A stretch of 64,000 nt of DNA from Felis catus (GCF_018350175.1 NC_058383.1:14014001-14078000), one strand, 5' to 3'. Positions 1 through 13,600 are shown, counted from the stretch's first letter. Notes: generated from the letters alone by a model not told the origin. Made by a program: numbers and translations.

Positions 1-139
1 AAGGCCAGGCCTGGGGCCAGGTCTGCCTCCTTGGGAACCCAGCTGCTGGGATGGGCAGGGAGGATCCCATCTGCTGGGCAGATCAGAGCCTTCAAGAGGG
101 GATAATAGTGGATTTCGACTGGCACCTCCTGGTTGCTAG

Positions 140-575
140 GATTTAACTCATTTTATCACAACAAGTCTATAAATTAGGTACTATCATTTCCATTTAGCAG
201 ATGATGAGACAGAGGCATGAAGAAGTTGAGTAACTTGCCCCAGGGCACAGAGCCAGGAAGACGTGGCTGCACCACGGGGCGCCTGCGTGGCTCAGTCGGT
301 TAAGCGTCAGACTTCGGCCCAGGTCAAGAGCTCACGGCTCGGCTCGTGAGTTCGAGCCCCGCGTCAGGCTCCGTGCTGACAGCTCGGAGCCTGGAGCCTG
401 CTGCGGATTCTGTGTCTCCCTCTCTCTCTGCCCCTCCCTAGCCCACGCTCGCACTCTCTCTCTCTCTCTGTCAAAAATAAATAAACTTAAAAAAAAAAAA
501 AAAAGAAGTGGCTGCACCAGATTCAACCCCCTGCCCCCAGTTCAGTCCAGAGTCCACTCTGCTAATCACTACACG
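140..575 (-). mobile_element. MIR, split by a CAN-SINE
   Basis: MIR core (catttagcagatgatgagacagaggcatgaagaagttgagtaacttgccccagggcacag) continues after the SINE (gattcaaccc...aatcactacac). Confidence 0.7.
276..502 (+). mobile_element. CAN-SINE (felid SINEC)
   Basis: tRNA-derived head, (CT)n, AATAAA, poly(A); TSD aaga(c/a)gtggctgcacca. Confidence 0.95.
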
Positions 576-689
576 GTGTAGCAGGGCATTGCTCAGACGT
601 GGAGGGTGGGGAGGGGGACTCTAAGCAGCCCCTGCATTCTCACTGCTTGTTTATAGACTTGGACTTGGCTCAAGATACCGTGGGACTCA

Positions 690-975
690 ACACCCACTTT
701 GCAGATTCAGGAGCGGATGCCCACCCAAGTAGGAGCTGGAGCTAAGGCAGGGGCTGCCTGGCAGGAGCTGGATACGGAGGGAGGAGCTGTCAGTGGGAGT
801 GGGATCAAGGCAGAGAAGGAGATGGGGACGGGAAATATACCCTGGTTCCTCTGATTCTCCTAACCTCCAATCTCTTGTCGATACCTCTCGTTGGCTGAAC
901 CCAGCTGCCAACGGAGCCAGGAAAGGTAGCTTGTAGGGGGCAGACCCTGTAGTGAGCGCAAAGCAGGGGAGTGGA
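690..975. mobile_element. Old ERVL LTR fragment (LTR33/LTR16-like)
   Basis: ctccaatctcttgtcgatacctctcgttggctgaacccagctgccaacggagccagg resembles the LTR33-family motif; recalled similarity only. Confidence 0.35.
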
Positions 976-1448
976 TGCGTGCACAAGCAGGTAAGAGACT
1001 GGCACGTTTGCAGATAGGTGACTTCCAGAGAAGAGGTCTCAGAAGCAGGCTGAGGAGTGATCATCTCATTGGGCCAAGGTAGCCACTAACTGATTCTCAG
1101 ACCAGACGCCATGTCTGTTACATCCTCTGTCGTGAGCTGGAGCCCTGTGTCTTCGGGGGGCAGTCATCGATGAGAAATCATGCTTCTTCTCAGCCCTGGG
1201 GGACCCCCTGGTCTGTTGGCGAAGGAAGCAGGACAGAGAACGCCAGCTGGATTTCCAGCTGCGTGAAGTTCCAAGAGGGAGTCTTGGGCTAGTCTATTGC
1301 ACCTGCTTCAGGGACCTCAACATTAACAGAGCTATGCCTTTGAGTGGCTGGTATGAAGAATTGTATCTTCACTCAAATTGTATCTATTGATAAGTGAAAG
1401 GGACCGCACCCCTCCCCCCTCCCGCTTTTGTACTGGGCATAGAACTCT

Positions 1449-1870
1449 TACGATGGTTAATTTTATGTGTCAACTTGGATGGGTCAAATCTTATCCTGGA
1501 TACTTCTGTGAAGGCGTTCGTTGGATGAGATTCATATTAAAATCTGTGGTCTCAGAGTAAAGCAGATTACTCTCCCTAATGCAGGTGCCATCTTCCAATC
1601 AGCTAAAGGCTGTAATAAATCAAAGATGGACCTCCCCCAGGCAAGAAGGGATTCTGCCAGCAGACAGCCTTTGGATGTAGATGGCAGCTCTTCCCTGAGT
1701 CTCCAGCTGCCAGCCTACCCTGCAGATTTTGGACTTGCAACCTCCACAAATGGTGTGAGACAATTTTTTAAAAATAAATCACTCCCTCCTCTCTTTGTAG
1801 CTCTCTCCCCGCCCCCCCCCCCCCTCCATACCGTTGGTTCCATTTTTTCTGGAGCGCCCTGGCTAATACA
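1449..1870 (+). mobile_element. MLT2-family solo LTR (ERVL)
   Basis: Starts tacgatggttaattttatgtgtcaacttg, ends ctggagcgccctggctaataca, matching both MLT2 termini. Confidence 0.9.
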
Positions 1871-3417
1871 CCTCCAGTAGACTAAGGATTTGATTTAATG
1901 CTCCCTTTTGGAGACAAGGCACGTGGACTGCCACACGGGTGGACCTTGGAAAATTGTCCCACTTTAGCATGCCCAAACGTCTCGTAGGGTGAACCATGCT
2001 AGCACGACTCTCTACGCAAGCAGCTCTTGGGGAAATCAGTCTTGCGGATGGAACATGGCATTCCTTCCAGGCATGATGGCTTGACCTTTGAATGTCCTAT
2101 GTGTGCTTGCTACGCTAAGGGGAGTCTCAAGCCACCTGCGCCCATTCCGGGTTCCAGGCTTTGTCCCCCAGGACCTCAGGTGGCACTAGAATTTGCAGCA
2201 CATCCTGCAGGGTGCAGGGGCTGGCCTTGTGTGCTTTTACGGGGACTGTTGGACCAATGCCACCTCTGCTGTCCCCTGGGAGAGGCCCCTCGGGATTCAA
2301 GCCTGTCTTTGCATCCTGGAGCATGAGTCACTTTCGACCTGTGGACATGCTGGCCAGGAGAGTCCAGCTCGCTCGAGGCTCAAGACCACTGCCGACCCTG
2401 GACGCTACGTACATGGGTGCGTGTAAGGTTTCTGGGCTTTCCAGCCTGCTTGACATCATCTGTTCCCTCCTCTTGGGAGCCTCTTAAAGCTTCCTCTTGA
2501 AAACACAGTGTTCTTTTTATCTTCCCCTCTCCAACCCCCAGCACGAGGCTGAGACGGTAATACATAATTCATGTTTGTTAAAGAAATGAACGAATGAGTA
2601 TTACCGGCCCCAAATGATGGCCGAAGAAGCAAGTGTATCCCAAGCTGGAAGATTTCTACCTTATGCTCAGACCACTACTGGGGGAAAAGGCAGCAATGTT
2701 GGTGGATAAACTGACTGCTCTTTTTCTCTTCATCTTCCTGCTCGCCCCCCAGCCGCCCCAGGGGCAGACCCTAGGAATAGCGGCGTGGTGGGTCACAAGG
2801 CTGTCACAAATACCCCAAGGGAACCTCCAGGTTCCTTAAGTACACCATCTTTCCCCTCTGTCAGCAAACATACTGGACGTCTCTTGAAAAATAGGTTTTT
2901 CACGTACCCAGGAACATTTGTAGTGAAGCGCATACATACACTGGCCATTACTTTGGATTGTCCTTCAGTTTTAGGGGGTTGGGTTTCTAGAGTCTAAAAG
3001 GAGCTCTAGGAAGCCATTCCTATTGCCAATGACAGTCAGCTAAAAGGGGCACTCGATTTCTCTCGGGCGTCCTCCCTCGTCCGAGCTGTAGCACGTTTCC
3101 AGAAAGACTGGAGGGTTGTAAAATTGTAGCAAGAAGCACACATTTTGAGTCACTGGCTCTTGGCAAAATTTCTAAACTCCTTTTCAAAAGAACTAAAGAG
3201 AACTCAGTCTAAGACCCCCACCGGAGGTCAGAGCGAAGGTGGGATTCCTCCCTATGATTCCAAGGGGTAGAGCAAGTCTGGAAATGGGCGAGGGCACTCA
3301 ACGAGGTTGGCGATCAAGACCAAAGGTCAAGTCCATGGGCCAGGACACAGGGATGAGGAGCCAACCTCCCATGGAGTGAAAGTCAAGCAAAGAGGCATTG
3401 GGGGCAATTGTGAACAC

Positions 3418-3777
3418 TGGGGGGCCTGAATGGTGTCCCTTCAGAATTCAGATGCTCAAGTTTTAACCCCTCGTGCCTCAGATTGTAATCACATAAGTTC
3501 CAGCTTTGGAGGTAGGGCTTTTAAAGAGGAGATTGAGTTAAAATGAAGTCCTTAGGGTGGGCCCTGATCCAATATGACTGGTGTTCTTATAAGAAGAAGA
3601 GATTAGGACAGAGATAGACACGGAGGGAAGACTGCGTGAGGACCTATGGAAAAGACAGCTGTGGACAAGCCCAAGAAGAAGGAAGCCTCAGAAGAAAGCA
3701 GCTGTGCGAACACCTTGATCTTGGGTTTCCCGCGTCCGGAACCGTGAGCGCGTAAATGTCTGTGTTTTAACCACCCC
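3418..3777 (+). mobile_element. MLT1-family LTR (MaLR, MLT1B-like), 3' end degraded
   Basis: gggtgggccctgatccaatatgactggtgttcttataagaaga and caccttgatcttgg...ccggaaccgtgag motifs. Confidence 0.85.
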
Positions 3778-4924
3778 GAACAGACGAGGGGGGCTAACGG
3801 TGCTCTTGCCTCAGTGTTGTGGGTCACCAATCAGTTGAGTCAGAGCTGAGTGGGGCCGAGTTAAGGATATGGGTAACTCTTATGTGGCTTCCATAAGCTT
3901 AGGGAAGAAGGGACAGAACGGAAGGTGGCTGTGAACGTCGCCTGAGACAGAGTTCCCCGGGCCTTCAGTTGGAGTGAGCCTTGTGGGGGGATGGCTCCTC
4001 CCCTGCTGGCCCTGCTCTGAATGCTGAGTCTTTGCACTTCCCCAGGTGCTGAGACGCCAAGGGGCTCAGGACTGTCAGCCTGTCCTGCTCTGACTCAGCC
4101 TCTGCACCTGCTGTACCCCCACATCCGGCTCCTGACGAAGGCAGATAAGGCAGAGATGGAGACTCCCCGCTCAAGCCAACGTTGGTAGAGAACTTGCCCC
4201 ATCCCCAATGTGTTGCATCTGCCTTCTTGTTCCGGTCGGGTTCGGTCAAGGCAGAAAGCTCGCTTTCATTGAACACCCCTTTTGGTTGGTTGAAAGCTCT
4301 GCGATGGTGTGATTCACTTTGCAGGGGCCTGGCCTGGAGGGATTTAAACGTGTCTGGAGGCTGGGTCCATAGACGCTTACGAACCCGGTTTCTGGGCGAA
4401 AATGAGTCTAACCAGAGGAATTTTCTCCCCCTACTGTTTGTTTTTACGTCGAATGTATTTCATGTCCCCGGAACGAGTGGAGCAGCGACAACTTTAATCC
4501 AGCATAGTAACTCATCGCTGTGCAAAGCCTCATAAGTTGCAGTGCGTTTTACTATCCCTGCTTCCTCACTCGTGAGTCACAAACACCCCGAGAGACAGGC
4601 AGGATGCGCGTTAGTAACGCCTGTCTTACTAATAGGGGAAAGTAGTCAGCGGGTCTCGGATCGGGATGTTCCAGTTCTGCCCTGGCACCGTTTCAATTTC
4701 TCGCTGTTTGATTTTCGTGGATAATACTTTCCCGCTGAACTGCCTGGCTTTGCAGTGTCTACTCTCCCGGAAATAGCTAACCTGACCCACTCTGTGACCG
4801 GCTACAGACACAGCCTGGGACACATGCTGACACCCGCTATGTTCTGCACCTGTAGGAAGAATCTTTGTTGTAGTCCTGCCTCCAGCTCGGGGAGCTGAGA
4901 CAGGAACTCGGATCCTTGCAAGTG

Positions 4925-5340
4925 AGTGTTAACCTCGCTGTGCATCAGAATCACCGGAGAACTTAAAAAACATTTTTTTTTTTTTTTAAAAACCAATGTG
5001 TTTGGGTCCCACCCAGAGATCTGGGTTTCATTGGTTGATACCGTGGCTATTTTTTTTTTAATTTTTTTTTAACGTTTATTTATTTTTGAGACAGAGAGAG
5101 ACAGAGCATGAACGGGGGAGGGGCAGAGAGAGGGAGACACAGAATCCGAAACAAGCTCCAGGCTCCGAGCCATCAGCCCAGAGCCCGACGCGGGGCTCGA
5201 ACCCACGGACCGCGAGATCGTGACCTGAGCTGAAGTCGAACGCTCAACCGACTGAGCCACCCAGGCGCCCCGATACCGTGGCTATTTTTAACTCCTCCAG
5301 GTGATTCTCACCCGCGGAATGAGCGGAGTACCACTGGGCC
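4925..5340. mobile_element. MER5-like hAT-Charlie element split by a SINE
   Basis: tgcatcagaatcaccggagaactt...tttttaactcctccaggtgattct...accactg. Confidence 0.6.
5054..5271 (-). mobile_element. CAN-SINE (SINEC_Fc-type)
   Basis: Full body; TSD gataccgtggctatttt at 5037 and 5272. Confidence 0.95.
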
Positions 5341-5659
5341 AAGTTGTGACCCATTTTACGTCTGGTCACCAGTTGAGGAAGCCTCCGTCCCTGGGGAGCC
5401 GGGCCTGAGACGTTAGAACCATCATTTCTCCTCAGCAGTGCCGCTGGCTGCTTCTTGGACCTGAACTTCTCTGTGGGTCTCCTGCCAGGCTCCTGGTTTC
5501 CCATGGGAAAGAACTGGTCATCAGCCGGGATGGGGCCTTCGTTGGTGGAAAGTTTGAGGCAACAAATCCTACCTGTGTCAGGCCAACACAGAGACATTGG
5601 GCTGATGGCTGCTGCAAAAAATACCTGTAAACTCCTTTTTCTTGTCCTTCCTGAAGTCT

Positions 5660-5830
5660 TTTTTTAAAGATATTTATTTATTTATTTATTTGGAGAGAGA
5701 GTGAGAGGGGGAGGGGTAGAGAGAGGGAGACAGAATCCCTTGCAGGGCTCGAACTCATGAACCATGAGATCATGACCTGAGCCGAAAACAAGAGGCAGAT
5801 GCTTAACTGACTGAGCCACCCAGGTGCCCC
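5660..5830 (-). mobile_element. Older CAN-SINE with internal deletion
   Basis: Head and tail present; degenerate TSD gtccttcctgaagtctt / gtccctcatgaaatctt. Confidence 0.85.
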
Positions 5831-6429
5831 CGTCCCTCATGAAATCTTAAAAGTTGGCCTGGCGTGGGGGGAGGCAGAAGAGGCAAGGCCAGAACTGCTG
5901 ACCCACCCTGGCGGGCATGGCCACAGTGGTCTTTCCTGGACCTGGCTCTGGGCTGCTCCCTGAGGTGTTGGCTCTGTGTCAGGGGCTGCAGGGGAGAAGC
6001 AGGGCCCGAGGAAGGCTCAGGAAGTGTTCTCAGAGGAAGCAACATTGGAGGTAAGCTTGGAGGGGGAAACGGAGGTCCCAGAAGTCAAGATGGGAGGGGA
6101 CGGGAGCTTCCTTGGCCAAGCATAGAACCACTTCACTTCCCAAACTTATGTATTGCTGTTTCAGTGGAAGGGGAGAGCGGCACTGGCTGATTCGGGCCAA
6201 TGGAAAGGCATAAGGAGAGTCTGTGCTTCCTCGGATGCCTTGTGCAGCCGTGGCTGAGGACCCCGTGCCCAGGGGGCTCGGCACACTCACAGAGACGGCA
6301 GTTAGAGCTGGGGCATCCACAGGGACCGGAGAGTTCACTCTGAGCCCTGTGGGATCCGAGGTCCCTCTTAATCCTCACCGTTATCACACAGTAAGAACCA
6401 TATTGGCTCATCAACCAACGGCACCGTCG

Positions 6430-6590
6430 TCTCCCAATCCTGTGCAGCAAACGGAACAGGGATCACTGTCCCCATTTGGTAGGTACGGAAACTGAGGCTC
6501 AGGGGAGTTAAATGACTTGGTGAATGAACAACAGAGCGGGGACTAGACATCTGCTGCTTCTGGGCTCTGGACGTGAAGGGCTCGTGGGTT
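6430..6590 (-). mobile_element. MIR
   Basis: cccatttggtaggtacggaaactgaggctcaggggagttaaatgacttg core. Confidence 0.65.
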
Positions 6591-8499
6591 CTTTTTTCAG
6601 GCAAACCTACACGTACATTGTGTGAAGGAGGTTAAAATAGCCTTTTGTGACATCTCCACCGTGATGACACCCATACCCGGCCCCGTGGGTCACTGACAGT
6701 AGCATTTTAACTCACTGTTCACTATGAACTGCTCCGAGCACCTTACTCCACGAATTCACTCAATCCTTAGAATGCCCAACGTTTACAGACAAGGAAGGTG
6801 AAACACAGGTGTTAGGTGACCCGAGGAACCGTCCCTGCTCTTAACCGTGAGGCTCCACCACCTCTCAAGGAGGCAGGGGCTTCCGAATCAGACCCGGCAA
6901 CTGTGAATCCGGGCCTGCTGCGTGTTCGCTGCAGGACTTCAGGGGGCGACTTCCTCGTCAGAACCTTCTCGCACCTGCTGGGCCAGGGAAACCCTCACCC
7001 TGCTGGCTTGTAGAGGCGAAACGAGGTCACGTCTGCAAGCGAGGTCACCGCCCAGCACGGTGCGGGGGACCGGGCCATGTTCACCCTGGAACTAACATCG
7101 TCCACACGGAGCCGGTCGGCGGGACCGGGTAGGAGGCTGGGGGAGCTCCTCACAGGTCCACCGAGGTGACCGTGCTCTCCTGTGGGCCTTGCAAAGCCCC
7201 ACACACCATTCTGCCAAGGCGGAGCGTCTACCCGCAACTGGAAATGTGGCATTAAAAATTGCCGCGGCAGAACCAGCAGCAGTTGGGAATCCAGGCAGTA
7301 ATAAATTAAATGATGTTCCCAGCTTCTATGGCTTCACTGTGGCCTCCCGGGAATACATTTCAATATAAATAATTTACCAGGTAAAGGGATATTGAGCCTG
7401 CCCGGAGGAGCTGCAGGGATCATAACAAATTCTGTTTTTGTGAATCAAAGAGATGTGTCACCTTGTAAAGCGAGGACCCTGGACCTAGAGTCTGAAGTTC
7501 TGGGTCCCTGTCCTGGGCTGGCCACCAAGCAGCAAACCCACTGGGTGGGTTTGGGCAAACCCCATCACATCTCTGGGCCTCCCTCTCCTCCCTGCACGGC
7601 GGCCTGCTCAGGCCGCACAACCCTGGAAGAATTTTCTTCGTTGTTCTCTTGCCTCTTGCTAGCTGCTCCACGGACACGGTGCATTTTGGCCAAGTCAGAC
7701 CACCTGCAGGTTACTTGAGAGGTGTTTCCTACACGTGCCCATGCACACACACGCACACGCACACATACGTCGCAGAGAGAAAAAGTCCTTCTCCCGAGGA
7801 TGAAAATTAATTTAAGCGATTTTTTTTTTTTGATCCAAGGGAAGCCAGAAGGCAAGTGGACAAGAGGGCGAAGTGGAAATTCGAATTGCTGGAGCCTCTG
7901 CATCGGAAACATTACCTCTCTCCTCGTGATAGCTTGGACAGGAGCGCGCAGTCCATGACAAAGAGAGTTGGATGTGTCTTTGCCGGAGCCTCTCCAAACC
8001 TCCCTCCTTTTGCCTCAGGCTGGGTTGGCTTCTTGGACCCTGAGATCATTTTCTTTCCTCCTCCGGAGCACTACCCCCGCTCTGATCAGGAATCTTACTG
8101 TCGTAGCACATCGTCAGACCCAGGGACCTCTCTCCCTGGCTTGCCCTGCATTCTACGTCCAGCACCAGCTCGCGTTGGGGTTGTCGTCTGCTCTCTAGAA
8201 GCCGCTTGCATTGTCCCCACTTCCCCGAGCTGTGACTTGGTCGGGACCTGAGTGCCGGAGCCGACAGAGGCAGCCAATCCCATCTGTCCACCAGGGAATG
8301 AACAACCAGAGACGTGAAAAGCTCTTCAGCTCCAGATCAGCACCAAAAAAAAGACTTTCCATTCTAACCGTACCTCGGTTCCAGAACAGAGTAAATTCCA
8401 CCACCCGCCCTGTAGTCAGAAATGCGTCCTGGGTGCGTAGAAAGTCACCTCGGGACGCAAGAATTCTTTCTCTTTCTCTCTCTCTCCTTCCCTCCCTTC

Positions 8500-9990
8500 C
8501 TCCCTTCTTTACGGAAATACTCCTCGAGCACGTGTGATGAAGAAGAAACTACAGACAAAGGAGGTGGGGAGTGAAGACAGAGGTTTGAGCTCCCCAGTGG
8601 GAGACGCGGAAACATCAGGCAACAGTTACGAAGTGGTGCATTAAGTGCCTTCAGAGAAGAGACAGAGGATGCTGGGAGTGTAAGGAAGGGGCGCCTTATC
8701 CAACGGGGCAATAAATAAGCAACCGATGTCAGCGAAGCTTCCTGGGGGAGGAGATGCTCAAGCCTTAAGAACAGGGCGGGGCATAGAACGCGAGCAGGGT
8801 GCTCTGGGTGCTCTGTAATTCCGCTCAATTCTGACACTATCTAGGGAGAGCATCTGATCCTCCACGAGAAGGGCTCAGTCCCACAACGCTGCCCCCACAC
8901 TTCAGGTGCCCGGCACAGATCCAGGTGGTCACGTGGTCTTCCGAGGCCAAAGACCCATTTCTCGAGTTCCTTTCATTCGCTGGAGTGGCTCACTCAGGGA
9001 GAACCCGGGGAGATACTTTACTTTCTGGGTTACCAGTTTATTATGAGAGGGTATAACTCAGGAACAGACAGATGTCAGGGATGCACAGGGCCAGAGACGG
9101 GGGAAGGGAACAGATCTTCACTCTCATCTCAGAATGCCACTCTCTTCTGCATTTCCATGCGTTCACCGGGTCACCGACCCAGAAGCTCTCCAAACCCTGT
9201 CTTGTTTATTTACTTTTTTTTTAGGGAGGCCTCGTTGTGTCGGCATGATTGATTAGAATATTGGCCATCAGTGACCGAGTCAACCTCTAGCCCCTCTCCC
9301 TCCTTGGAGGTTGGGGGTGGGGCCATAAATTCCAACCTTCTAATCACAAGGTTGGCTGCCCAGGTGACCAGTGCCATTGTGAGGTGCAGTCCCAGAGTAG
9401 CCTCATTGGTATAATAAGAGACACCTTTATCGTTCTCAACATTGGAAATGCCGAGCGTTTTGGGAGCTCTGCGCAGAAACGGGGACAAAGACCAAACACG
9501 TATTTCTTAATTATAAACCACGTGGTCACAGGTGCAACGCCACTGCTTGGGCGAAGCTGACACAGGGGAAGGGAAAGACCCTTTGCTTCCCGCAGAACCT
9601 AACGGGGACCAGCGGGCACCGTGGTTTGCAGAACCCCACCAGGAGCGTCACAAAGCAGAGCATAGACCGTCGGTGCGCCGCCGAGGGCTAAGAGCTAAAG
9701 AATCGGCCCAACGCTCTGGGTGCCGTGTGGGGAGGGAATCAAAAGGGTAGGGGATCCAGCGAGGAAGAGGGCATCCTTCTCTGGTGAGGACACTGTGGGA
9801 GCCCGGGGTCAGGCCAGGAAGAGGAGTAGAGCTGAAATGAAGAACCGTGGAGGTCCAATCACCCAGGGGTGCAGCACAGAAGGACGGGTGGGAAGCAAGG
9901 TGAGCCGCAGACACCTACTTGGGTAGGAGGGGACAGTGGTGGCACTGTTCCCAGAATAAGGCATGTGGGGGAAGAGGCAAATGAAGAATT
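8500..9990 (-). mobile_element. L2 fragment interrupted by a MER21 LTR
   Basis: Purine-rich L2-like text (gcttcctgggggaggagatgctcaagc) on both sides of the LTR. Confidence 0.45.
8800..9530 (-). mobile_element. MER21-family LTR (MER21C-like)
   Basis: Reverse strand begins tgtgaccacgtggtttataattaagaaatacgtgtttggtctttgtccccgtttctgcgcagagctcccaaaac, matching the MER21 5' end. Confidence 0.8.
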
Positions 9991-10826
9991 AGGAGAGAAA
10001 GAGGGGAAGAAGCAGGCGTTCTTCCTCTGCTTATCGACTTCTAAGAACGGGAAGGTCACTCCTCTGCAAGACGTCGTTCCGCTGTTGGCGAGAACGGCTA
10101 ACGACCTTGCCCTTTGGTGAAAGAAACAACCTGCCTTTGCGCAGCTGCTATGCACAGATCCTAATGCTGCCCTCCAGAGCAGCCTAGAAAGTTTATTTTC
10201 TCCCAGACAAATATTTGAAAGCAATAGTTAGCCAAAGGAATGAGTAAGAGGTACGTTAGGACTCGTAATTCAACATAAGATGCTCGGAGTGTTTGTTTGT
10301 TTTGGCCAAAAGCCGCACTAGCTAAGCTCCTGTTAATAGCAGGCTGTGGCTTGAGGCAGAGAGGGGAGGTGACGGATGCCTCCAGACCGGGGCTTTCCAG
10401 GGACCTCGATTAACAGGAGGATACGACGGAGTCAAATGCCAGCCCCTCGGAGGCCCATGCTGGGATAGACAGGGGAGTCTCAAAGGGTCAGCCGACATAT
10501 GCTACTGAGAGGAGGAAGATGCGATGGACAGAGTGTGGTCTTAGCCTCAGACATTCTCTGGTCGAGAAGAGGTGCCTGATAACGCCTGTGGGGAAACACA
10601 CCTTCTCGCTGCTGAAATATCAGACCAGAGGAGACATAAATCCCACCCATGGCCGCCATGCAGAGACCGATGAGGAGCCTTGGGAGGCCCTGAGGGGCCA
10701 GAGGAGACCTTGGGAAGAACCCTTGTACCTGTGCCCACGGAAGACGCAATGATTGAGATTGTGGGGGGCAAAAAGGCTGTGGGGACTGAGAGTGATAAGA
10801 AAGATAGGATTTCTGATAAATCCCTC

Positions 10827-11187
10827 ATGCTAGTTTACTAGGGCCGCCATAACAGGTTCCCACAGACGGGGTGGCTTAAGGAACAGAAATTTGTCTTCTC
10901 GTGGTCCTGGAGGTTGGAAGTCTGAGACCAAGGTGTCCGCAGGGTTGGTTCCTTCTGAGGCCCCTCTCTTTGGCTCGTCTTCTCCCCCCGTCCTTCCCTG
11001 TGTGTGAGTACCTGCTCTATCTTTTCTTAAGGGGAGCCATGTTGGATTAGGCCCCACCCGAATGACCTCATTTCACCTTAATTATACCTATTTAAAGACC
11101 TTATCTTCAAATACAATCCCATTCTGAGATATTCGGGGTTCAAACTTCAACATGCGAATTTTGGGGAGGGACACAATTTAGGTAACA
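10827..11187 (-). mobile_element. MLT1-family solo LTR
   Basis: ctagggccgccataaca...ggaagtctgagaccaaggtgtccgcagggttgg...ggggagggacacaatttag. Confidence 0.9.
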
Positions 11188-12037
11188 CGCGTTACTGCTA
11201 ATGCTCTTTGGACAGTGCTCATTCTCATCTCAAGCCCTGAACACAACGGATCTATTATAACTGAATAGCACACGTGGTCTGGACCCGTCCCCAAAGCATC
11301 CCTCATTTGTTTCGATGACTTCTGATCACCGTGGCCACGGCAGACCCACAGTATCCTTCCAGGCTCTGCCTAAAAATGCAGCCTGAGTTAACAGCTCTCA
11401 GTAAGCTGGGAAATATTTGTGAATGAAATCTATCAAAACCTAGCAAACTCATTATTCATGCTGTGTCATATGGAATGATAACCTGTTGTCTCGCTTTTTT
11501 TTTCCCGGAAGCCTATATAGATTTTTAAATTTTGGTCCAGCGGGAGGTAGATATTAATGATCTTTAGGAGAAAAAGTTAATAATTCAATATGATGCATCA
11601 TGGCACTTCTGTACAAATGTGGATCTGTCAATGTTTCAAGAGGTTTAGAGAAGGAAGTGATGTGACATGTTCTTTTGCTCGTAGGTCCTCTGAAAAAGGC
11701 AAAGGAAGCCTAATCCATCAAGAAACCTGCTGAGTTCTTTCTAAATTTTTCGAAGCATGAATACCCAATATAGATATCTTTATATTTTCCCTGTTGGATT
11801 TCTAATTTTAAATAGGCATGAAGACTTGTTTCTTATATTGCCGGACCTATAAAATTTACACTGAAGCTTGCTATTATACTCAAACATAAAATATCATACA
11901 TTTTTTTTTATCTCACATGAAAAACCAAATTCATCAGAAACTTATGAATTCAAGGTTGCCTAAGAGCTTCTGATTCCTAAGGCTTTTTAAAAGATTATAG
12001 TTTTACTCCACATGCCTACAGAGGAGGTTTCGTATTA

Positions 12038-12267
12038 TTAATAATAATGGCTAACATTCATAAAGTTTTTACTCCGGGCCAGGCACTCTGCTATGTATTT
12101 TACATGGCATCATTTCATTGAATTCTAACTACATATTCCCAAAGCTTAGAGAGCTCGCATAACTTGTCCAAAGTCACGTTAACTAGAAAGTGTGGGAGCT
12201 GAGAGTCAAACCCAAGGCTGCTTGTCTCCACAGCCTGACTCTCCCAATTCCATGCCACACAACCTCC
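12038..12267 (-). mobile_element. MIR
   Basis: taataatggctaacatt...ccaggcactctgcta...aacttgtccaaagtcac...gtcaaacccaagg. Confidence 0.75.
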
Positions 12268-12319
12268 TGTATTATGGGGAGCAGTGGGATCCAAGATGGC
12301 GGCTAGGAATCCCTACTCT

Positions 12320-13260
12320 GTCAGCAGATATCGACTGCATGCACTATGGGGAGACTCTGTGCTAGATACTGTTTATACAAAAATGGAAAAGAAATTGCCC
12401 TTGCTTTCCAGAAGCTCTGAGCCTAGAAGAGGAAGACAGCCACATACAGAGTAGACTGGCCCATGACATGTTAAATGACGTAGCAGGAACAGCCCAAAAT
12501 ATGTGAGCACAGAGGAATGTGCATCTCACTCTGCAGGGGAGGGGGCAGAAGTTTGCAAGAGGTCATTGACATTTGCTCTGCGGTTAGAGGTAGGAGTAGG
12601 AATTTGCTAGGCAGAGGAGGTGCCCTCTGAAAGATGGGGGACTAGGGTTCTGAAAGTGCCCTACTGTGGAGCAGTGAGAAGTTCAGAAGGGATGTTCAAG
12701 AACAACTCTCAGGTTACCAGCTTGGGACGTTTGGTGGATGGCTGAAATCAGGCAGAGAAAAAGAAAACAAGTCTAGTGGTGGAGTGTGGAATTTCTGAGG
12801 CTTGCGGTACTTTCAGGGAGAGATCAAGAAGAATAAGAATGCTAGGGGCACGGATTTGGGCATCATCAACAGACAGGGGATTGTGGGAGCCAAAGTAGTC
12901 GATAAGTCACCCAAGGCTGGGGGGCATGTAGAACAAGGGACAAGGATAGCAAAGGTGGAACCCTGGGCAAGAATGAAATCTAGGGGCAGTTAGAGATGGC
13001 AGAACTGGACAAGAAGACGGGGAAGACCATCATCAAAGAGGTAAGGGGCATACCAGCAAAGGCTTTGAGACCTAAGAATGGCCAATAGTGTTAGATGCTG
13101 CATAGACCACTGAGGAAGAGGTTGGGAATAGTCGACTGACCAGTTATTAGTGTCCCATTTCAGCAAAATGGTCCGGGTTGAAGAAGGAAGACAGTGTCTA
13201 TGGGGAGACTTGAATACGTCAATGAGCCAAGGGGTTGGAAATGGAGACCCTCGGGTTGAG
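12320..13260 (-). mobile_element. L2 fragment
   Basis: ctgtgctagatactg...gatttgggcatcatcaacagacagggg...gtggaaccctggg. Confidence 0.6.
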
Positions 13261-13373
13261 GTGGTTAGCAAGCAGAGTAAGGTGAGGAACATGGGGACAG
13301 GGCTGAGACCTCTGTCACAGAGAGAGACAGTCTTTGGAGGAGGTGAGAAACATATATCTTAAAGTTAGGAGAA

Positions 13374-13600
13374 GGGCGCCTGGGTGGCTCAGTCGGTTGG
13401 GCATCCGACTTTGGCTCAGGTCATGATCTCGCGGTCTGTGAGTTCGAGCCCAGCGTCAGGCTCTGTGCTGACAGCTCAGAGCCTGGAGCCTGCTTCAGAT
13501 TCTGTGTCTCCCTCTCTCTCGGCCCCTAACCCACTCACATTCTGTTTCTGTCTCTCTCTCAAAAATAAATAAACATTAAAAAAAAAATTAAAAAAAAAAA
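13374..13600 (+). mobile_element. CAN-SINE
   Basis: Full body; TSD aaag(t/g)taggaga. Confidence 0.95.

Noticed and set aside
276..360. tRNA-like A and B boxes
   Set aside because: SINE heads, not tRNA genes; no complete cloverleaf seen
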